A stretch of DNA of 64,000 nucleotides from Candidatus Eiseniibacteriota bacterium (lineage in GTDB: Bacteria > Eisenbacteria > RBG-16-71-46 > CAVPCR01): contig CAVPCR010000002.1 in NCBI GenBank assembly GCA_963702435.1, forward strand, positions 194,612 to 258,611, in the 5' to 3' direction. The notes beneath the pieces were generated by a model, which was not told where the DNA came from, ran no database searches, and saw only the letters and a program-made list of their open reading frames with translations. Both the position numbers and the translations under genes were made by a program. Shown one piece after another: positions 39,557-49,637 of this stretch. Numbering within the stretch: position 1 is the stretch's first letter; the number at the start of each line of letters is the position of its first letter.

Positions 39557-39572
39557 TGCAAGAAGTCGGCCA
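39557..39572 (-). promoter_or_regulatory. sigma-54 -24/-12 promoter candidate upstream of the zinc-ribbon gene
   Basis: Minus strand TGGCCG-ACTTC-TTGCA with GG-N10-GC spacing and an exact TTGCA. It lies about 150 nt upstream of the GTG at 39405. Confidence 0.35.
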
Positions 39573-39735
39573 CGCCCGGCGCGCGCAAGGGCCCCGCCGC
39601 ACGGGGCGCACCGGACGCAATGGGACGCAACGGACAGCATGCACCGCTGAAGGCAACAGGCAGCGCGCACCGCGGATGGCACCAGGGAGCACGCACGACC
39701 ACCGGACCAGGGCGATACGCGAGAGCCTCTCCCGC

Positions 39736-41834
39736 CTACCCGGTGAGCTGCACGTCGGCGGCGCTGCGCGCTTGCGCGCCGTGGCGCGCCACGGCGCGCG
39801 CAAGGGCCGGATGCGCGGCCAGCGTGGCGTCGGCGGTGAGGATCTCCTCGGCCGCAGCGCGGGCGCCCGCGATGAGATCGCGATCGCCGATGAGACTCGC
39901 CACGCGAAAGGCGCCGAAGCCATGCTGCGCTTCACCGGTGAGCGCCCCGGTCCGCGCGCCGCGAGATCGAGCTCGGCCACCGCGAAGCCATCCTCGGTGC
40001 CGGCGAACGCATCGATCCGCGCGCGCACGTCCGGCTCGAGCGCGGGATCGACGAGCAGGATCGCCTCGGCCGCCTGCTCGCCGCGACCCACGCGCCCGCG
40101 CAGCTGATGGAGCTGCGAGAGACCGAAGCGCTCCGGATGCTCGATCACGATGACCGTGACCGTGGACACGTCGACCCCCACCTCGACCACGGTCGTGGCC
40201 ACCAGCAACCGGGTGGCGCCGCGCCTGAACTCCGCCATCGCCGCCTCCTTGGCCCGCGCATCGAGGCGCCCGTGCACGAGGCCGACCGGATAGCGTCCGA
40301 GGAGCGGATGGGCCTTGAGCTCGCGCGCGCGCGCGGTGGCCGCCGCGAGCTCGCTCGCGGGATCTTCCTCGACGCGCGGGGTGACAACGAAGGCCTGCTC
40401 GCCGCGCGCCAGGCGCTCGGCGAGAGAAGCGTAGACCTCCGCGCGGCGCGCGGTCTCGATCACCCGCGTGCGTGCCGGCCGGCGCCCCGGTGGCCGCTCC
40501 GCGACCAGGCTCAGGTCGAGATCCCCGAACACGGTGAGGGCGAGACTGCGCGGGATCGGAGTCGCCGTCATCACCAGGAGATCGGGCAGCACGCCCTTGG
40601 CCGCGAGCGCCGCCCGCTCGTTCACGCCGAAACGATGCTGCTCGTCGACCACCACGAGACCGAGCCGGCGGAAGCGCACGTCGGCCGAGAAGAGGGCGTG
40701 GGTGCCGATGGCGAGCTCGCCGTCACCCCGCCCGAGTGCCGCAAGCAGTTCCCTGCGTTCGCGAGTTCCTGCGGCACCGGTGAGGAGAACCGGTCGAACG
40801 CCGGGCAGGAGGCGGAGCGCGGTGCGCATGTGCTGCTGGGCCAGGATCTCGGTCGGCGCCATGATCGCCGCCTGCTGTCCCGAATCGATGGCGGCGAGCG
40901 CCGCCAGGAAGGCGACCACCGTCTTCCCCGAACCGACCTCCCCTTCGAGGAGCCGGTGCATCGGGCTCGGTGCCGCCATGTCGGCGAGGATCTCGGAGAG
41001 GACTCGCTCCTGGGCCGCAGTGAGGGTGAAGGGCAGTGCTGCCCGCGCCGCCGTGAAACGCGGTCCGGGCCGCTGCGCGAATCCGGGGAGCTCGCGCCGC
41101 CGCCGCCGCCGCTCCCAGCCGAGCGCGATGAAGAGCTCGAGGAACTCGTCGAAGGCCAGCCGCCGCCGGGCACCGGCCGCTGCCGCGAGGGTCGGCGGCG
41201 CGTGCACGGTCGTCAGAGCCGACGCGAGCGGCATGAGCCCGTGCGCGGCGCGGAGCGCCTGAGGGAGCGTCTCCTCGCCGGCGGCCGCCAGCGGGAGCAC
41301 CCGGCGGACGAGCTCGCGCAGCGTGCGCTGGCTCAGGCCCTCGGTGAGAGCGTAGATCGGAACGATACCGCCGGCGGGAGCGGCGCCGTCGTCCTCGGCC
41401 GCGAGCACTTCGACCTCGGGCGAGTTCATGGCGATCCGGTGCCGGAACGCGGCGACGTCTCCATAGAGGACGACGCGGCTCCCGGGTGCGAGGAGGCGCA
41501 GGAGATAGGGCTGTCCCCACCACACCACATCGAGAACCCCGCTCGCATCGCGGATGCGGGCGATCGTGTCCGGACGGCTTCGCGGTCGCCGGCGCGCGGT
41601 GGCCCGCTCGACCGTGCCCACGATGAGGGCCGGCCGGCCCGGTTCGAGGTCGGCGATGCGCGCGACCGCCGTGCGATCGGAATAGGCGCGCGGCACGGTG
41701 AGGAGCAGATCCCGCAACGTGCCGATCCCGAGCCGGGCGAGGAGATCCGCCCGCCTGGGACCGACCCCTTTCAGGAACCGGATCGGGGCGTCGAGGCCCG
41801 CCCCCTCGCCGCTCCGACCGTCCTCCCCGTCCAT
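39736..41834 (-). CDS. recG: ATP-dependent DNA helicase RecG, frameshifted as sequenced (1-nt deletion in a G-run at 39945-39948)
   Basis: Preferred start MDGEDGRSGEGAGLDAPIRFLKGVGPRRADLLARLGI. EGEVGSGKT, DEQHRFG, QLHQLRGRVGRG. After DLAARGPG the track ORF turns to noise. The other frame gives ALTGEAQHGFGAFRVASLIGDRDLI... with a stop at 39736. Confidence 0.9.
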
Positions 41835-41932
41835 GCCGGGGGGGACCGCACCCGGGGGACCGGCCGGCGCCACCGCCGCCCGGGGCCAGGCCACAGCGGC
41901 AACCGGGGTGCCCGGGGGGAGCGGCCCCGGGC

Positions 41933-41962
41933 TTGCGAGGCTCGCCCCGGCAGTGCTAGGAT
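41933..41962 (+). promoter_or_regulatory. sigma-70-like promoter candidate for rpmB
   Basis: TTGCGA (41933-41938), an 18-nt spacer, TAGGAT (41957-41962), about 55 nt upstream of the ATG. Confidence 0.25.
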
Positions 41963-42018
41963 CCTTCGCCTCTGACGTTCGCTTCTGCTTCACGCCGTCT
42001 CGATCAAGGAGTTCACGC

Positions 42019-42219
42019 ATGGCTCGTCGCTGCGACATCTGCGGCAAGGGCTCGGCCACGGGCAACCGGATCTCTCACGCTCACAATGTATCGCACCGTA
42101 CGTGGCGCCCGAACCTCAAGCGCGTCCGGGCCCAGGTCGAAGGCCGGGTCGCCCGCATCAAGGTGTGCACGCGCTGCCTCCGCTCGCACCGCGTGCAGAA
42201 GGCCGCCCACAGCGCCTGA
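42019..42219 (+). CDS. rpmB: 50S ribosomal protein L28
   Basis: An AAGGAG Shine-Dalgarno lies upstream. MARRCDICGKGSATGNRISHAHNVSHRTWRPNLKRVRAQVEGRVARIKVCTRCLRS. 66 aa, divergent from recG. Confidence 0.95.
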   Translation: MARRCDICGKGSATGNRISHAHNVSHRTWRPNLKRVRAQVEGRVARIKVCTRCLRSHRVQKAAHSA

Positions 42220-42594
42220 TCCCGCCCGCGCCGGGAGTCTCCTCGCCCTCGAACGGCCCTGACGCGCGGAGACGCCTGCGGACCGCGCGTCCGCCGTCGA
42301 TCCACCACCGCCCGCCCGTCCACGCACCCTTCGCCAGGCCGTCGCGCCTTGTCCCCCGCACCCGCCGTGGCTGTCCCCGCGCACGCCGCCGGCCGGCGGA
42401 CCCGATCCGCCCGCAACAGCCCACTCCCCGCAGATGAAGAAAGGGCCCGGCACCCTCGGATGGAGTCGTTGCCGGGTGGGACGTGCCCCGTGTCCAACCC
42501 GCGCCTTCTCCCTCCTCAAGGGACCGGGCCCAAATCGCTCGCGCCGGCGCGGCGCGCTCACTGTGACGGCGATCGTCTGTCTCGGACCTGCCTC

Positions 42595-43782
42595 CTACTC
42601 GGCGTGCTTCCGCATGAACGCTGGCACGTCCAGGTTCTCGTTGACCGCAGGGACCGGAGCCGGCGAGGCCTGCGCCCGGCCGAAGCCCGCCACCGCCCGC
42701 CGTGACCAGGCCGGCGTCTCGAGGATGCGCGACTCGTCAGGGAAGGAGGCCGGCTCGATGATGCGCGCCTCGCGGCGCGGCGCGGCGGCCGCGCTCACCA
42801 CGAGCGGCCGCTCCCGTGGCGGATTCATCGCGAAACCGGTGGCGATCACCGTGACCGTCAGCTCGCCCTCGGCCTCCGGATCGATCACCGCGCCGAAGAT
42901 CACATTCGCGTCTTCTCCGGCCGCCTCGAGGATCGCGGTCGCCGCCTCGTCCACCTCGTGCAGGGTGAGGTCCTTGCCGCCGGTGATGTTGACGAGGATG
43001 GCCTCGGCGCCCGTGATGGAGATGTTGTCGAGGAGCGGGCTCGAGATGGCGGCCAGGGCCGCCTCGGTCGCCCGCCGCTCGCCCGAGCCGCGCCCGGTGC
43101 CCATCAGCGCGTTCCCGCGCGACTGCATCACGGTCCGCACGTCGGCGAAGTCGAGGTTGACGAGCCCCGGCACGGTGATGAGATCGCTGATCCCGCGCGT
43201 CGCCTCGAGCAACACCTGATCGGCGACCTCGAACGCCCGCTCGACCGGAGTCTCGCGCGCTACAACTTGCAGAAGCCGATCGTTGGGAATGGTGATCAGG
43301 GTGTCCACCTTCTCGCGGAGTTCCTCGAGGCCCTGCTCAGCCTGCTGGCGGCGGCGGCGGCCCTCGAAGGTGAACGGGCGGGTGACCACGGCGACGGTGA
43401 GCGCCCCCTGCTCGCGGGCGATCTCGGCGATCACGGGGGCGGCGCCGGTGCCGGTCCCGCCGCCCATGCCGCCGGTCACGAAGACCATGTCGGCTCCCTC
43501 GAGGATCTCGGCCAGGGCGTCGGCGTCTTCCTGCGCGGCCCGGCGGCCCACCTCGGGGTCGCCGCCGGCGCCGAGACCCTTGGTCAGGTTGCGCCCGATC
43601 TGCACCTTATTCAGGGCATTCGACTCGGCGAGCACCTGGGCGTCGGTGTTGGCCACGATGAAGTCCACGCCGGTGAGACTCGACGAGATCATGCGGTTCA
43701 CGGCGTTGCCGCCGGCACCACCCACGCCGATCACCTTGAGGGTCGCGAAGCGCTTGTGCTCCACATCGAACTCGAAAGGCAT
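42595..43782 (-). CDS. ftsZ: cell division protein FtsZ
   Basis: [17 protein letters not shown]...[16 protein letters not shown]... and the C-terminal peptide DVPAFMRK. Confidence 0.97.
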   Translation of the reverse strand: MPFEFDVEHKRFATLKVIGVGGAGGNAVNRMISSSLTGVDFIVANTDAQVLAESNALNKVQIGRNLTKGLGAGGDPEVGRRAAQEDADALAEILEGADMVFVTGGMGGGTGTGAAPVIAEIAREQGALTVAVVTRPFTFEGRRRRQQAEQGLEELREKVDTLITIPNDRLLQVVARETPVERAFEVADQVLLEATRGISDLITVPGLVNLDFADVRTVMQSRGNALMGTGRGSGERRATEAALAAISSPLLDNISITGAEAILVNITGGKDLTLHEVDEAATAILEAAGEDANVIFGAVIDPEAEGELTVTVIATGFAMNPPRERPLVVSAAAAPRREARIIEPASFPDESRILETPAWSRRAVAGFGRAQASPAPVPAVNENLDVPAFMRKHAE

Positions 43783-43836
43783 CTCGCTCGTCTCCTCGGC
43801 TGATCTCGCCTGCGCAAGCCCAGCGCACCAAACGGC

Positions 43837-45084
43837 CTAGTAGAACTGGGCGACGAGATTCTTGAGTCTACTCCCCACCTTGTCAACAAGAGATTCAACC
43901 GGTCGGCAATTTTCTGCCGCATGCCCGGCGGCGTAGCGCACGAGACCGACCGCGGTCGCGAACATCGGATGATCGAGCGCGATCGCCGCCGATCCGAACG
44001 GGTGCGGATTGCCGCGGCGGGCCGGCATGGCGAAGATCTCCTCGGCCAGCTCGACCACGCCGCGCATGGCGGAGGTGCCGCCGGTGACGACCACGCCCGA
44101 GCCGAGGAAATCGGCACAGCCCGTCCGCTTCACCTCGCGATAGGCGAGCGTGAGGATCTCCTCGACGCGCGGCTCGATCATCTCCGACATGGTCTGGCGC
44201 GGGATCGGGGTCTCCTCGCGGCCGCCCACGCCGGGCACAGCCACCATCTCGCCGGCCGGCGTGAGCGCGGCCATGGCGCAGCCGGCCTCGAGCTTGAGCC
44301 GTTCGGCCCGCTCGAGGGGCGTGCGCAGCCCGATCGCCAGATCGGAGGTGATGTTGGCGCCGCCGAGGCCGATCACGGCCGTATGTCGGATCGCGCCCTG
44401 ATGGAAGACGGCGATGTCGGTCGTGCCTCCCCCGATGTCGAGGAGGACGACACCCAGGTCCTCCTCGTCCGCGGTGAGAACGGCCCGCGCCGAGGCCAGG
44501 GGCTGCAGCACGAGCTCCTCCACCCGGAGATCGGCCCGCTCGATGGCGCGGGTCAAGTTGCGGGCGGCCGCGGTGGCGCCGGTGATGATGTGGACCTCGG
44601 CCTCCAGGCGCACGCCGCACATGCCGACCGGCTCCTTGATGCCGCGCTGGGAGTCCACCACGAACTCCTGCGGCACGACGTGAATAATCTCGCGATCGGC
44701 GGGAATGGCGACCGCACGGGCCGCCTCCACCACGCGCCGCACGTCCCCGGGCCCGATCTCGTGATCCCGGCCGGCCACGGCGATCACGCCGCGCGAGTTG
44801 AGGGAACGGATGTGGTCGCCGGCGATGCCGGCCACGACCGACCTGACGCGCACCTGGGCCATGCGCTCGGCGGCCTCGACCGCGCGCGAGATGGCCGCCG
44901 CCGTCCGGTCCAGGTCGACCACGACCCCGCGCCGGAGGCCGTCCGCCGGCGCGGTGCCCACACCCAGAATCTGGATGGACTCGGGGTTGGCGAGGTCGGC
45001 GATGAGCGCCGTCGCCTTGGTCGTCCCGATGTCGAGACCACAGAACACCAACGATTCGGACACGCGCGACACCTCCAGCATCAC
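43837..45084 (-). CDS. ftsA: cell division protein FtsA
   Basis: LVFCGLDIGTTKATALIA...LLDIGGGTTDIAVF (actin-like ATPase motifs). 415 aa. Confidence 0.95.
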   Translation of the reverse strand: MMLEVSRVSESLVFCGLDIGTTKATALIADLANPESIQILGVGTAPADGLRRGVVVDLDRTAAAISRAVEAAERMAQVRVRSVVAGIAGDHIRSLNSRGVIAVAGRDHEIGPGDVRRVVEAARAVAIPADREIIHVVPQEFVVDSQRGIKEPVGMCGVRLEAEVHIITGATAAARNLTRAIERADLRVEELVLQPLASARAVLTADEEDLGVVLLDIGGGTTDIAVFHQGAIRHTAVIGLGGANITSDLAIGLRTPLERAERLKLEAGCAMAALTPAGEMVAVPGVGGREETPIPRQTMSEMIEPRVEEILTLAYREVKRTGCADFLGSGVVVTGGTSAMRGVVELAEEIFAMPARRGNPHPFGSAAIALDHPMFATAVGLVRYAAGHAAENCRPVESLVDKVGSRLKNLVAQFY

Positions 45085-45950
45085 ATGAGATCGCGAACGA
45101 CGAGCTGCCCTTCGAAGCGAAGATCCACCTCGACGTTCGACCTTCCTCTCAGGTCCAGGTCCTTGAGCACCGTGCGCAGGCCGGAGAGCTTGGCTGCGGT
45201 GAGCGAGCGCGCGTGCGCGACGATCACCTGCGGCCGGCCGACCAGATGGATGCGCCAGAGCGGGCTCCGGCGCAGATCGATCTCGGAGATCATGGCCGAG
45301 AAGCCGGGATCGGTCCGGGTCACCTCGGCGACGAGCCGGAGCGCGTCGCGGAGCGCCGGGGACTTGATCTCCGACCCCGGGGCCGGGAGGCGGCCCCCGC
45401 CTCCGGTCAGCACCGGGAGATCGGGCAGCGCCGCCCGCTCGACCGGGGGCAGCGCGACACCGTCGGCATCCACCTCGATGAACATGCCGGCCTCGACCAG
45501 GGCGATCGGCTCCCGCTCCTCGACCTCGACCACGAGACGGCGATCGAGGCCGCGACTGACCCGCGCGGCGCGGATCCGCGGATGGGTTGCGAGCTGGACC
45601 TCCAGATCGTCGGGGTGCACGTCGAAGAGGCTCGCTCCGTCCAGCTCTCCGAGATGGGCGAGCACGGTCTGCTCGCTCAGATAGGACGTGCCCCGCACCT
45701 TCACCCCGCGCACCGCGAAGAACTGCGACTCGGTGGCCAGTTCGGCGGCGGCATTGGCGAGGAACGCGAGCCCGCCGAGAGCCGCCGCTCCGCAGAGGGC
45801 GAGCACCACCTGCCGGAGCCGGCCGCGATGGCCCGGCCGCCCGTGGTAGCGCGGCGCTAAGCCACGCTGGGACATGGAACCGGACGCGCGTTCTCGAGTG
45901 AAGCTGGAAGGGCGGCGCAGCCGCCGCCGGAGTTTCTGGATGAGCCCCAT
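45081..45950 (-). CDS. ftsQ: cell division protein FtsQ/DivIB (POTRA-containing)
   Basis: Internal start MGLIQKLRRR. A TM segment VVLALCGAAALGGLAFLA, then FAVRGVKVRGTSYLSEQTVLAHL (POTRA). Position between murB and ftsA. Confidence 0.8.
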   Translation of the reverse strand: MGLIQKLRRRLRRPSSFTRERASGSMSQRGLAPRYHGRPGHRGRLRQVVLALCGAAALGGLAFLANAAAELATESQFFAVRGVKVRGTSYLSEQTVLAHLGELDGASLFDVHPDDLEVQLATHPRIRAARVSRGLDRRLVVEVEEREPIALVEAGMFIEVDADGVALPPVERAALPDLPVLTGGGGRLPAPGSEIKSPALRDALRLVAEVTRTDPGFSAMISEIDLRRSPLWRIHLVGRPQVIVAHARSLTAAKLSGLRTVLKDLDLRGRSNVEVDLRFEGQLVVRDLM

Positions 45951-45964
45951 CCGCGAGTCCCCCC

Positions 45965-46903
45965 TCACCTCGATGCGAGCCCCACGAGCTCGACTTCGAG
46001 CTCGAGCTCGATCCCGTGCACCGCGTGCACGCGCTCGCGCACGCGGTCGATGAGGGCGAGCACCTGGTCGGCGGTGGCGCCCCCCGTGTTGACGATGAAG
46101 TTGGCGTGCACCGGCGACACCTGGGCGCCCCCCACCTCGACTCCCTTCAGGCCGGCCTCGTCGATGAGCCGGCTGGCGTGGGCGCCGGGCGGGTTCTTGA
46201 ACACGCACCCGGCCGAGGCGGCGCCGAGCGGCTGCGTGCGCCGGCGCTCCGCATGCCAGGCCTCCTCCCGCTCGCCGATCGCCGCCGGATCCGCGGGCAC
46301 GAGCCGCAGCCCCGCCTCGAGGATCACGATCGGCTCGGGGAAGCAGGCCCGGCGATAGCCCCAGACCACCTCGCCGGCCGCGAGGCGGACCACGTCGCCC
46401 GCCTGGTTGACGCCGACGATCCACTCGGCGACCTCCGACATCTCGTGCTGCCAGGCCCCGGCGTTCATCCGCAGCGATCCGCCGAGCGACCCTGGAATGC
46501 CGCCCGCGAACTCGAGACCGGAGAGCCCCGCGCTTCGCGCGCGGCGCATGAGCTCCGGCAAGGTGCGCCCGGCATCGGCGGCGAGGCGATCCGCCTCGAC
46601 CGCGATGGGGGCGAGACCCGAGCCGATCTTGACCGCCACCCCGCGGAATCCGGCCTCGGCCACCAGCATGTTGGACCCGGCTCCGATCGGCAGGAGCGGC
46701 ACGCCGGCGCGGCGCGCGGCGACAACCGCCGCCTCGAGCCCCGCGCGCGTGCGCGGCACGAGCACGAGATCCGCCGGACCGCCGATGCGGAAGGTGGTGT
46801 ACGGGCCGAGCGGCGCGCGCGCCCACGCCTCCACCTCCGGCAGGCGGTAGAGCGCATCCGGGATGATCGCCGGCTGCGTTCCGATGAGGTCGGTCTCGCG
46901 CAC
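45965..46903 (-). CDS. murB: UDP-N-acetylenolpyruvoylglucosamine reductase
   Basis: The GTG at 46903 follows GGAGAGACGCG. PLGPYTTFRIGGPADLV...IGAGSNMLV...GGIPGSLGGSLRMNAGA...SAGCVFKNP. Confidence 0.9.
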   Translation of the reverse strand: MRETDLIGTQPAIIPDALYRLPEVEAWARAPLGPYTTFRIGGPADLVLVPRTRAGLEAAVVAARRAGVPLLPIGAGSNMLVAEAGFRGVAVKIGSGLAPIAVEADRLAADAGRTLPELMRRARSAGLSGLEFAGGIPGSLGGSLRMNAGAWQHEMSEVAEWIVGVNQAGDVVRLAAGEVVWGYRRACFPEPIVILEAGLRLVPADPAAIGEREEAWHAERRRTQPLGAASAGCVFKNPPGAHASRLIDEAGLKGVEVGGAQVSPVHANFIVNTGGATADQVLALIDRVRERVHAVHGIELELEVELVGLASR

Positions 46904-46914
46904 CGCGTCTCTCC

Positions 46915-48300
46915 TCAGACCTGAGCCGCCTGGCTCGCCGCGGTCAGCCAGGCCTCGCCGACCCGCCACACGTCGCCCGCCCCGAGCGTGAGCACGACAT
47001 CGCCCGGCTTGACGAGCCGGGCCAGGAGGTCGCCGGCCGCCTCGAGATCGGCGGCGAGGGCGACCGGCACTCGCGAGGTCGCCTCGATCGCCGCGGCCAC
47101 CCCCGCGGCGGCCACGCCCGGAATCGGCTTCTCCCCCGCCGCGTAGATGGGGGCCACGATCACCTGTCCGGCCGCCGCGAAGGCCCCGCCGATCTGCACG
47201 AGCAGGTCGCGCGTGCGGGTGTAGCGATGGGGCTGGAAGACGGCCACGAGGCGGCGCTCCGGCCACGTCGTATGGGCCGCCTCGAGCACCGCCGCGATCT
47301 CGGTCGGATGGTGGCCGTAGTCGTCGACGAGGATCACCCCGCCCTGCTCGCCGCGGATGTCGAAGCGGCGAGCCACCCCGCCGAAGGCGGCGAGCCCGTC
47401 GCGGATGGCGGCGAACGGCAGGTTGAACTCCTGGCCGACGGCAAGCGCCGCCAGCGAGTTCAGGACGTTGTAGCGACCCGGCAGGGCCAGCTTGACCGGA
47501 CCGAGCGGCGTCCCGTCCTTGAGAGCGACATAGCGCGACTCGAGCCCGTCGAGCGCGACGTCCACCGCGCGGAACTCGGCGTCGGGAGAGAAGCCGTAGG
47601 TCAGGACCCGCCGGCTCGCCGCGACCGCCAGCGCCCGCACCTCGGGGTCGTCCACGCACAGGACCGAGGCTCCGTAGAACGGCACGCGGTCGATGAAGGC
47701 GGCGAAGGCCGCGCGCAGCGCCTCCATGGTGCCGAAGTGATCCATGTGCTCGCGATCGATGTTGGTGACGACGCACACGGTCGGCAGGAGCTTCAGGAAC
47801 GACCCATCCGACTCGTCGGCCTCGGCCACCAGGTAGGGCCCCGCCCCGAGCCGCGCTCCCGACTGGGCGGCGCGAATCCGCCCGCCGACGACCACGGTCG
47901 GATCGAGGCCGCCCGTGGTCAGCACCGAGGCGATCATCGAGGTGGTCGTCGTCTTGCCGTGCGCGCCCGACACGGCCACCGCGTACTTGGTGCGCATGAG
48001 CTCGCCGAGCATCTCGGCGCGCGGAACGACCGGAATGCCGCGCTCCTCGGCCGCGGTCCGCTCCGGGTTCGAGCGTGCGATCGCGGAGGAGACGACGACG
48101 ACGTCCGCGTCGCCCACGTTCTCGGCCGCGTGCCCCAGGTGGATGCGCCCGCCGAGCGTGCGCAGGCGGGCGAGGACGGGGCCGTCCTTCACGTCCGACC
48201 CCGACACCTCGTAGCCCAGCGTGAGGAGCACCTCGGCGATGCCCGACATGCCGACGCCGCCGATGCCGATGAGATGGATGCGCCGGGACCGATACATCAA
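46915..48300 (-). CDS. murC: UDP-N-acetylmuramate--L-alanine ligase
   Basis: RIHLIGIGGVGMSGIAEVLL...VSGAHGKTTTTSMIA...DESDGSF. Confidence 0.95.
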   Translation of the reverse strand: MMYRSRRIHLIGIGGVGMSGIAEVLLTLGYEVSGSDVKDGPVLARLRTLGGRIHLGHAAENVGDADVVVVSSAIARSNPERTAAEERGIPVVPRAEMLGELMRTKYAVAVSGAHGKTTTTSMIASVLTTGGLDPTVVVGGRIRAAQSGARLGAGPYLVAEADESDGSFLKLLPTVCVVTNIDREHMDHFGTMEALRAAFAAFIDRVPFYGASVLCVDDPEVRALAVAASRRVLTYGFSPDAEFRAVDVALDGLESRYVALKDGTPLGPVKLALPGRYNVLNSLAALAVGQEFNLPFAAIRDGLAAFGGVARRFDIRGEQGGVILVDDYGHHPTEIAAVLEAAHTTWPERRLVAVFQPHRYTRTRDLLVQIGGAFAAAGQVIVAPIYAAGEKPIPGVAAAGVAAAIEATSRVPVALAADLEAAGDLLARLVKPGDVVLTLGAGDVWRVGEAWLTAASQAAQV

Positions 48301-49610
48301 CTCGTTCTCCCTGTCTCCCTCGTCCTGCTCCCGCTCTCCCGTTCCCGTGCGACCGCGCTCTCGCGGCCGTCGCTCGCTACCGTCCCGCCGCCCGCCGGGG
48401 CCGCCGCTCCGGCTCCGCCCTCGGCGCTCGTCGCCGACGGCCTCGGCCGTCCCCCCCGGCGCCCCGCGCCCGCCCCGCGCTCGCCGCGCGACGGACCGGC
48501 CGGGGCCCGGGGCGGCGCCGCTCCGGCCAGCCGCTCGATCGCGCGCGCCACCCGGTCCGCGGCGTCGGGCCGCGCCATCAGGCGGGCCCGCACCGCCATC
48601 CGCCGCACCTGGTGCTCGCTCATCACGAGGCGCCGGATGATGCGCGCCAGGCGTTTTCCGGTGAGCTCCTCGTCGCGGATCATCTCCGCCGCGCCCACCT
48701 GGACCAGCTTCTCCGCGTTCATCACCTGGTGATCGTCGGCCGCATGCGGATAGGGCACCAGGATCGCCGCGAGCCCGCAGGTCGTGATCTCGGCCACGGT
48801 CGTCGCGCCGGCCCGGCAGAGGACCAGATCGGCCATGCAGTAGGCATCGGCGATGTCGTCGAGGTAGGGCTCGACAACCGCGCGCACCTTCGACCTGGCG
48901 ACCTCCTCCTTGACCCAGGCGTGATCCTCCTCGCCCGTCTGCAAGATCAGCTGGAGCTTCCGGATCTTCTCGAGGAGCGGCAACGCATCCACCACCGCCT
49001 GGTTCAGGCGCCGCGCGCCCCGGCTGCCGCCGAACACGAAGAGGGTGGTCTTGTCGAGGGCGAGGCCGAAACGCGCGGCGACCGGCACGCGATCGCGGCG
49101 CACGATCCCCTCGCGCACCGGGTTCCCCGTCAGCTTGAGGTTGTCCTTGCGCGGGAAGAAGCGGCGCGACTCCGAGAAGCTCAGATGCACCTCGTTCACG
49201 AAGCGCGCGAGCAGGCGATTGGTGCGCCCCGGCACGCGGTTCTGCTCGAGCACGAGCGTCGGCTTCCGCATGACGCGCCCGGCGAGGACGACCGGCGCCG
49301 AGGCATAGGCTCCGGTCCCGACGATCACGTCCGGCCGGAAGCGAAGGCAGATCAGGAGCGAGGAAACGAACCCCACGCCCTGGGCCAGGACCCCGCGGAC
49401 CATGGCCCAGGACGGCCGCGGCGGCACGGCCCGCGCCGCGATCGGCCGGAACGCGAAGCCGAGCGGCGGCAGCACGCGCTGCTCGATCCCGCGCCGCGTC
49501 CCCACGAACAGGATGTCGCAGTCGGCGTGACGCTGCTTGAGCCGCTGCGCCACGGCGATGCCTGGATAGAGATGTCCTCCGGTGCCGCCACCGGCGATGA
49601 GCACGCGCAT
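48297..49610 (-). CDS. murG: undecaprenyldiphospho-muramoylpentapeptide beta-N-acetylglucosaminyltransferase MurG, with an approx. 80-aa Arg/Gly/Ala-rich C-terminal tail
   Basis: MRVLIAGGGTGGHLYPGIAVA...CRAGATTVAEI...DHQVMNA. ATGA overlap with the murC start. Confidence 0.9.
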   Translation of the reverse strand: MRVLIAGGGTGGHLYPGIAVAQRLKQRHADCDILFVGTRRGIEQRVLPPLGFAFRPIAARAVPPRPSWAMVRGVLAQGVGFVSSLLICLRFRPDVIVGTGAYASAPVVLAGRVMRKPTLVLEQNRVPGRTNRLLARFVNEVHLSFSESRRFFPRKDNLKLTGNPVREGIVRRDRVPVAARFGLALDKTTLFVFGGSRGARRLNQAVVDALPLLEKIRKLQLILQTGEEDHAWVKEEVARSKVRAVVEPYLDDIADAYCMADLVLCRAGATTVAEITTCGLAAILVPYPHAADDHQVMNAEKLVQVGAAEMIRDEELTGKRLARIIRRLVMSEHQVRRMAVRARLMARPDAADRVARAIERLAGAAPPRAPAGPSRGERGAGAGRRGGRPRPSATSAEGGAGAAAPAGGGTVASDGRESAVARERESGSRTRETGRTS

Positions 49611-49637
49611 GTCAAGCCACAAGAGCCTGAAGTCCCC

